DNA of 29,585 nt from a virus (Duplodnaviria > Caudoviricetes). Positions 26,849 to 29,585 of the stretch are shown here, one piece after another. The stretch spans positions 1 to 29,585 of IMG/VR virus record IMGVR_UViG_3300020363_000067, one strand, 5' to 3'. Every line of letters begins with the position of its first letter. The first letter of the stretch is position 1. The notes beneath the pieces are model-generated. The model was not told the DNA's origin. It was given only the letters and a program-made list of their open reading frames with translations, and searched no databases. Both the position numbers and the translations under genes were made by a program.

Positions 26849-27253
26849 GTGAAACCTAAACAACCAAAAAAAAAATCCAGAAAATCATTAATTAAAAAAG
26901 CAGACACAGTGTTTTCATTGTGGATTAGGCAAAGACATGCAAAAAATGGAATGTCTGAATGTGTCACATGTGGCAAAGTTGACCATTTTAAAAAATTACA
27001 GGCAGGTCATTTTATGTCAAGAAAATTTTATTCTACACGTTGGGATGAAACAAATGTTCAAGTACAGTGTGCAGGTTGCAATGTGTTCCGATATGGTGAG
27101 CAATACAAGTTTTCATTGTGGTTGGAATCAAACATTGGTCAAGGGACATCAGAAAATCTTTCCCAAAAATCAAAACAATTGTGCAAATTAGCAAATTTTG
27201 AATTAGAAGAAATTATTGAAAAATATCAAAATAAATTGGATAATTTAAAATAA
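26849..27253 (+). CDS. ninG: NinG/Rap-like Holliday junction endonuclease
   Basis: D.VFS.WIR.R, CVTCG, QAGHF.SR, RWDE.N...QC..CN motifs. GTG 26849 preferred as start. Confidence 0.88.
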   Translation: MKPKQPKKKSRKSLIKKADTVFSLWIRQRHAKNGMSECVTCGKVDHFKKLQAGHFMSRKFYSTRWDETNVQVQCAGCNVFRYGEQYKFSLWLESNIGQGTSENLSQKSKQLCKLANFELEEIIEKYQNKLDNLK

Positions 27254-27269
27254 TCGTTTACTTTCGTTA

Positions 27270-27345
27270 ATTGTAAATTGTTCTTTTTTACAATTGTTTT
27301 TTGAAAAGGGAAAAGGGTGTGGATTTGTTTCTTCACCTTTTTTTT
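27270..27345 (+). ncRNA. candidate small RNA (promoter-like element, hairpin, terminator; no ORF)
   Basis: TTGG(27236-27239)-N19-TACTTTCG(27259-27266) upstream; hairpin AATTGTAAA...TTTACAATT; terminator at 27311-27345; complementary to the helicase leader. Confidence 0.35.
27311..27345 (+). terminator. intrinsic terminator
   Basis: AAAAGGGTG...CACCTTTT stem followed by a T run. Confidence 0.75.
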
Positions 27346-27356
27346 ATGCACAATTG

Positions 27357-27388
27357 TTTGTAATTATTATATAATATTTATATCTTGT
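27357..27388 (+). promoter_or_regulatory. host-type early promoter for replication genes
   Basis: TTTG(27357-27360)-N20-TATCTTGT(27381-27388), directly after a terminator. Confidence 0.55.
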
Positions 27389-27419
27389 GAAAATATTAAC
27401 AATTTTAAAAGAACATTAT

Positions 27420-27587
27420 ATGACAGGAAAAGAAGATTTAATTAGGCAATATTTGTTTCAGATTGAAGCATTGCAAAGTGAAAACAAAAAATTAAAAGAA
27501 GAAAACAAAGATTTAAAAAAGAAAAATGAAATGCAATCTGCACAACTTGTTGCAGGAAAAAATTATGCATTTGATAATAATTATTAA
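27420..27587 (+). CDS. small coiled-coil protein
   Basis: MTGKEDLIRQY...IEALQSENKKLKEENKDLKK. ATG 27420 preferred because GTG 27387 overlaps the promoter. Confidence 0.65.
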   Translation: MTGKEDLIRQYLFQIEALQSENKKLKEENKDLKKKNEMQSAQLVAGKNYAFDNNY

Positions 27588-27598
27588 AAAACAATTAA

Positions 27599-27946
27599 AT
27601 GACAGATAAATATAATTTACCAGAAGGAAAACATGAAGACATGGGTGTCTTTGTGAAAACAAATCAAAAAGGCAAAAAGAAAGTTTATATAAATTTTATA
27701 ACTGCAAAAGAATCACCACTTGAATTTGTTCATTCAAAAATTACAATCAATGTGAAACAAATGAAAAAGTTTCTGGAATATTTTGAAGAATGGGCGGAAA
27801 CAAACAACAATGGATATCTAATGTGGGACAATTTAAAATCTGGTGATAAACTTTACACAGTTTGGAATGACTATGTTAAGCAACCAGAAACAACAGGTGC
27901 CGACCATATGCCAGACAGAGAATCAACAGATGACATGCCATTTTAG
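27599..27946 (+). CDS. putative ssDNA-binding protein
   Basis: Acidic tail ending DDMPF, like the SSB C-terminal interaction peptide; adjacent to the helicase. Confidence 0.55.
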   Translation: MTDKYNLPEGKHEDMGVFVKTNQKGKKKVYINFITAKESPLEFVHSKITINVKQMKKFLEYFEEWAETNNNGYLMWDNLKSGDKLYTVWNDYVKQPETTGADHMPDRESTDDMPF

Positions 27947-27991
27947 GATAATTAAATTTAATTGTTCTAATTAAGAACACACAATTATAAT

Positions 27992-28025
27992 AAAGGGGAA
28001 AAGTCAAATTTTCCCTTTTTTTTTT
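27992..28025 (+). terminator. intrinsic terminator between SSB-like gene and helicase
   Basis: AAAGGGGAAAA-GTCAAA-TTTTCCCTTTT followed by a T run. Confidence 0.8.
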
Positions 28026-28058
28026 ATAACTTTTCAAAAAACTAAACACAAAGAACAA

Positions 28059-28973
28059 ATGATAATAAATTTTAATGAAGTTGCACAGAAACTTGAAGAC
28101 ATAAGAAATGGCAAAACAAAAGAAGGTCAAAGAATAGGAAACAAAGAAATTGACAAATTTTTGAGATTCAAAAAGTCAAATTTTAATGTGATTCTTGGTC
28201 ATGCTAATGTTGGTAAAACAACAGTCATTCTTTATTTAATGTTATGTTATGCAAAAAGAAATGGAACAAGATGGTTAATTTATTCAAGTGAAAATGAATC
28301 ACACAGTATATTAAGAAAGTTTGTTGAATTTCTTGAATTAAAACCAATTAATTTGATAAGCAAGGAAAAATTTGATGAACATTTAAATTGGATTAATAAC
28401 TATTTTAAAATAATTGACAACAATCAAATGTATGATTTTAGAAGTTTATTGGTATTTGCAAAAAGCATTAAAGATGCATGGAATTATGGTGGTTTATTAA
28501 TAGATCCTTATAATTCAATGACTAAAAATCCAGATTTAATGAAAAGTTTAGGGGGACATGAATATGATTATCAAGCATGTTCAGAAATAAGATTGTTTTG
28601 CAAAGAAAACCAAGTTTCTGTTTGGTTAAACACACATGCAAACACTTCTGCATTAAGATTTAAACATCCTGTTGACCATATATTTGGTGGTCATCCAATT
28701 CCACCAATGGCATCTGATGTTGAAGGTGGTGGAAAATTTGTGAACAGGGCAGATGATTTTATTGTGATTCACCGATATACACAACATCCAACAGAATGGA
28801 CAAAGACACACTTGCATGTTAGAAAAGTGAAAGAAGTTGAAACAGGTGGAAGACCAACATCATATGACAATCCAATTATAATGAAGTCAATTCCCAACAA
28901 TGTTGGTTTTGAAATTGGTGGTGTTAAAGTATTGGATGAACCACTTAAAGATAATGACAAAATTCCATTTTAA
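28059..28973 (+). CDS. DnaB-like (SF4) replicative helicase, motor domain only
   Basis: Walker A GHANVGKT, YSSEN, Walker B LLIDPYN, NTHAN, G...NRAD..I.IHR and KVK motifs; C-terminal DKIPF. Confidence 0.88.
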   Translation: MIINFNEVAQKLEDIRNGKTKEGQRIGNKEIDKFLRFKKSNFNVILGHANVGKTTVILYLMLCYAKRNGTRWLIYSSENESHSILRKFVEFLELKPINLISKEKFDEHLNWINNYFKIIDNNQMYDFRSLLVFAKSIKDAWNYGGLLIDPYNSMTKNPDLMKSLGGHEYDYQACSEIRLFCKENQVSVWLNTHANTSALRFKHPVDHIFGGHPIPPMASDVEGGGKFVNRADDFIVIHRYTQHPTEWTKTHLHVRKVKEVETGGRPTSYDNPIIMKSIPNNVGFEIGGVKVLDEPLKDNDKIPF

Positions 28974-29126
28974 ATGAAAATATCAATTGTTCCATTAGCA
29001 GGTTTTATTTTTGGTGTTCTGGTCTTTGATTCAAGATGGGAAAATGACATAAATGAACCATCACATTTTGAATTTATTATTTGTTTAGGATTTGGGGGGT
29101 TAAAATTTACCTTTTGGGATGAATAG
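28974..29126 (+). CDS. small hydrophobic protein (50 aa)
   Basis: Hand-translated MKISIVPLAGFIFGVLVFDS...FEFIICLGFGGLKFTFWDE*; fills the gap exactly. Confidence 0.6.
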   Translation: MKISIVPLAGFIFGVLVFDSRWENDINEPSHFEFIICLGFGGLKFTFWDE

Positions 29127-29585
29127 ATTAATTGACAAACTTGCATTAAAAAATGATGATTGGATTAATATTGTCAAATCCTTTGGTGCAGATGAACACA
29201 CTGCAAAAGATGTGGTTCAAAATATGTATATAAAACTTCATGAATGGGAAGAAAGGGGGAACAATTCAATTCTTTATAATAAGGATGAAGTCAATTATTA
29301 TTTTGTTTTTAAAGTTTTAAGAAGTGTTTGGATTGACCTATTAAGAAAAAATAAAAAATACATTCCAACAGACAACAAAAAAATTTTCGTTAAATCCAAT
29401 GAACAAGAACAAAGTGAAGTTGATTTTACAATTGGACTGAAAGAAAAACTTGAAAAAATGCATTGGTATGATAAAAGGGTGTTTGACATTGTTTGCATTC
29501 AAGGAATTTCAATGTTGCAATTATCAGAATTAACAGGTATTTCATATTATAGTATTAAAAGAACAATAAAAAAGGTAAAAAAACA
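29119..29585 (+). CDS. ECF-type sigma-70 factor (3' truncated by window)
   Basis: Not in the ORF track. Open from ATG 29119 to the end. Region 2-like AKDVVQNMYIKL...YYFVFKVLRSVWIDLLRK and region 4-like LEKMHWYDKRVF...GISMLQLSELTGISYYSIKRTIKKVK. Confidence 0.85.
   Translation, partial: MNRLIDKLALKNDDWINIVKSFGADEHTAKDVVQNMYIKLHEWEERGNNSILYNKDEVNYYFVFKVLRSVWIDLLRKNKKYIPTDNKKIFVKSNEQEQSEVDFTIGLKEKLEKMHWYDKRVFDIVCIQGISMLQLSELTGISYYSIKRTIKKVKK

Noticed and set aside
1-29585. Stop-codon reassignment (TAG is rare)
   Set aside because: Genes are intact and tightly packed in the standard code. TAG ends ORFs at 1592, 27946 and 29126, and no suppressor tRNA was seen.
1-29585. tRNA, CRISPR array, integrase/repressor, IS elements, terminal repeats
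   Set aside because: No such motifs or repeat-spacer periodicity seen. Both ends fall inside genes with no end-to-end overlap, so lifestyle and completeness cannot be established.

Overview
AT-rich, almost entirely + strand stretch of a small tailed (siphovirus-like) phage genome. It is probably most of the genome of a Bacteroidota/Flavobacteriia phage, judged from TTTG-N20-TAnnTT(G/T) promoters and A-rich leaders without Shine-Dalgarno sites. Gene order: partial C5 DNA methyltransferase; small early genes and three PD-(D/E)XK nucleases (one RecE/ExoVIII-like); DnaA-domain-IV-like protein; ParB-fusion + TAGT-like glycosyltransferase + terminase operon; an ERF recombination cassette; tail module (chaperone with a -1 frameshift, tape measure); protease, scaffold, capsid, tail tube, portal, adaptor and tail fibre; lysis genes; AT-only putative origin; NinG, SSB-like protein, DnaB-like helicase; and a partial ECF-type sigma factor. 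Most notable: (1) a packaging-linked ParB-X/glycosyltransferase module with no TET or hydroxymethylase visible, (2) extreme two-strand depletion of CG and GAG/CTC, (3) a five-copy TCGTTATAT late promoter that fits the phage sigma factor, and (4) intergenic elements complementary to the helicase leader, including a candidate sRNA. All calls come from reading motifs by eye; no database search was run.
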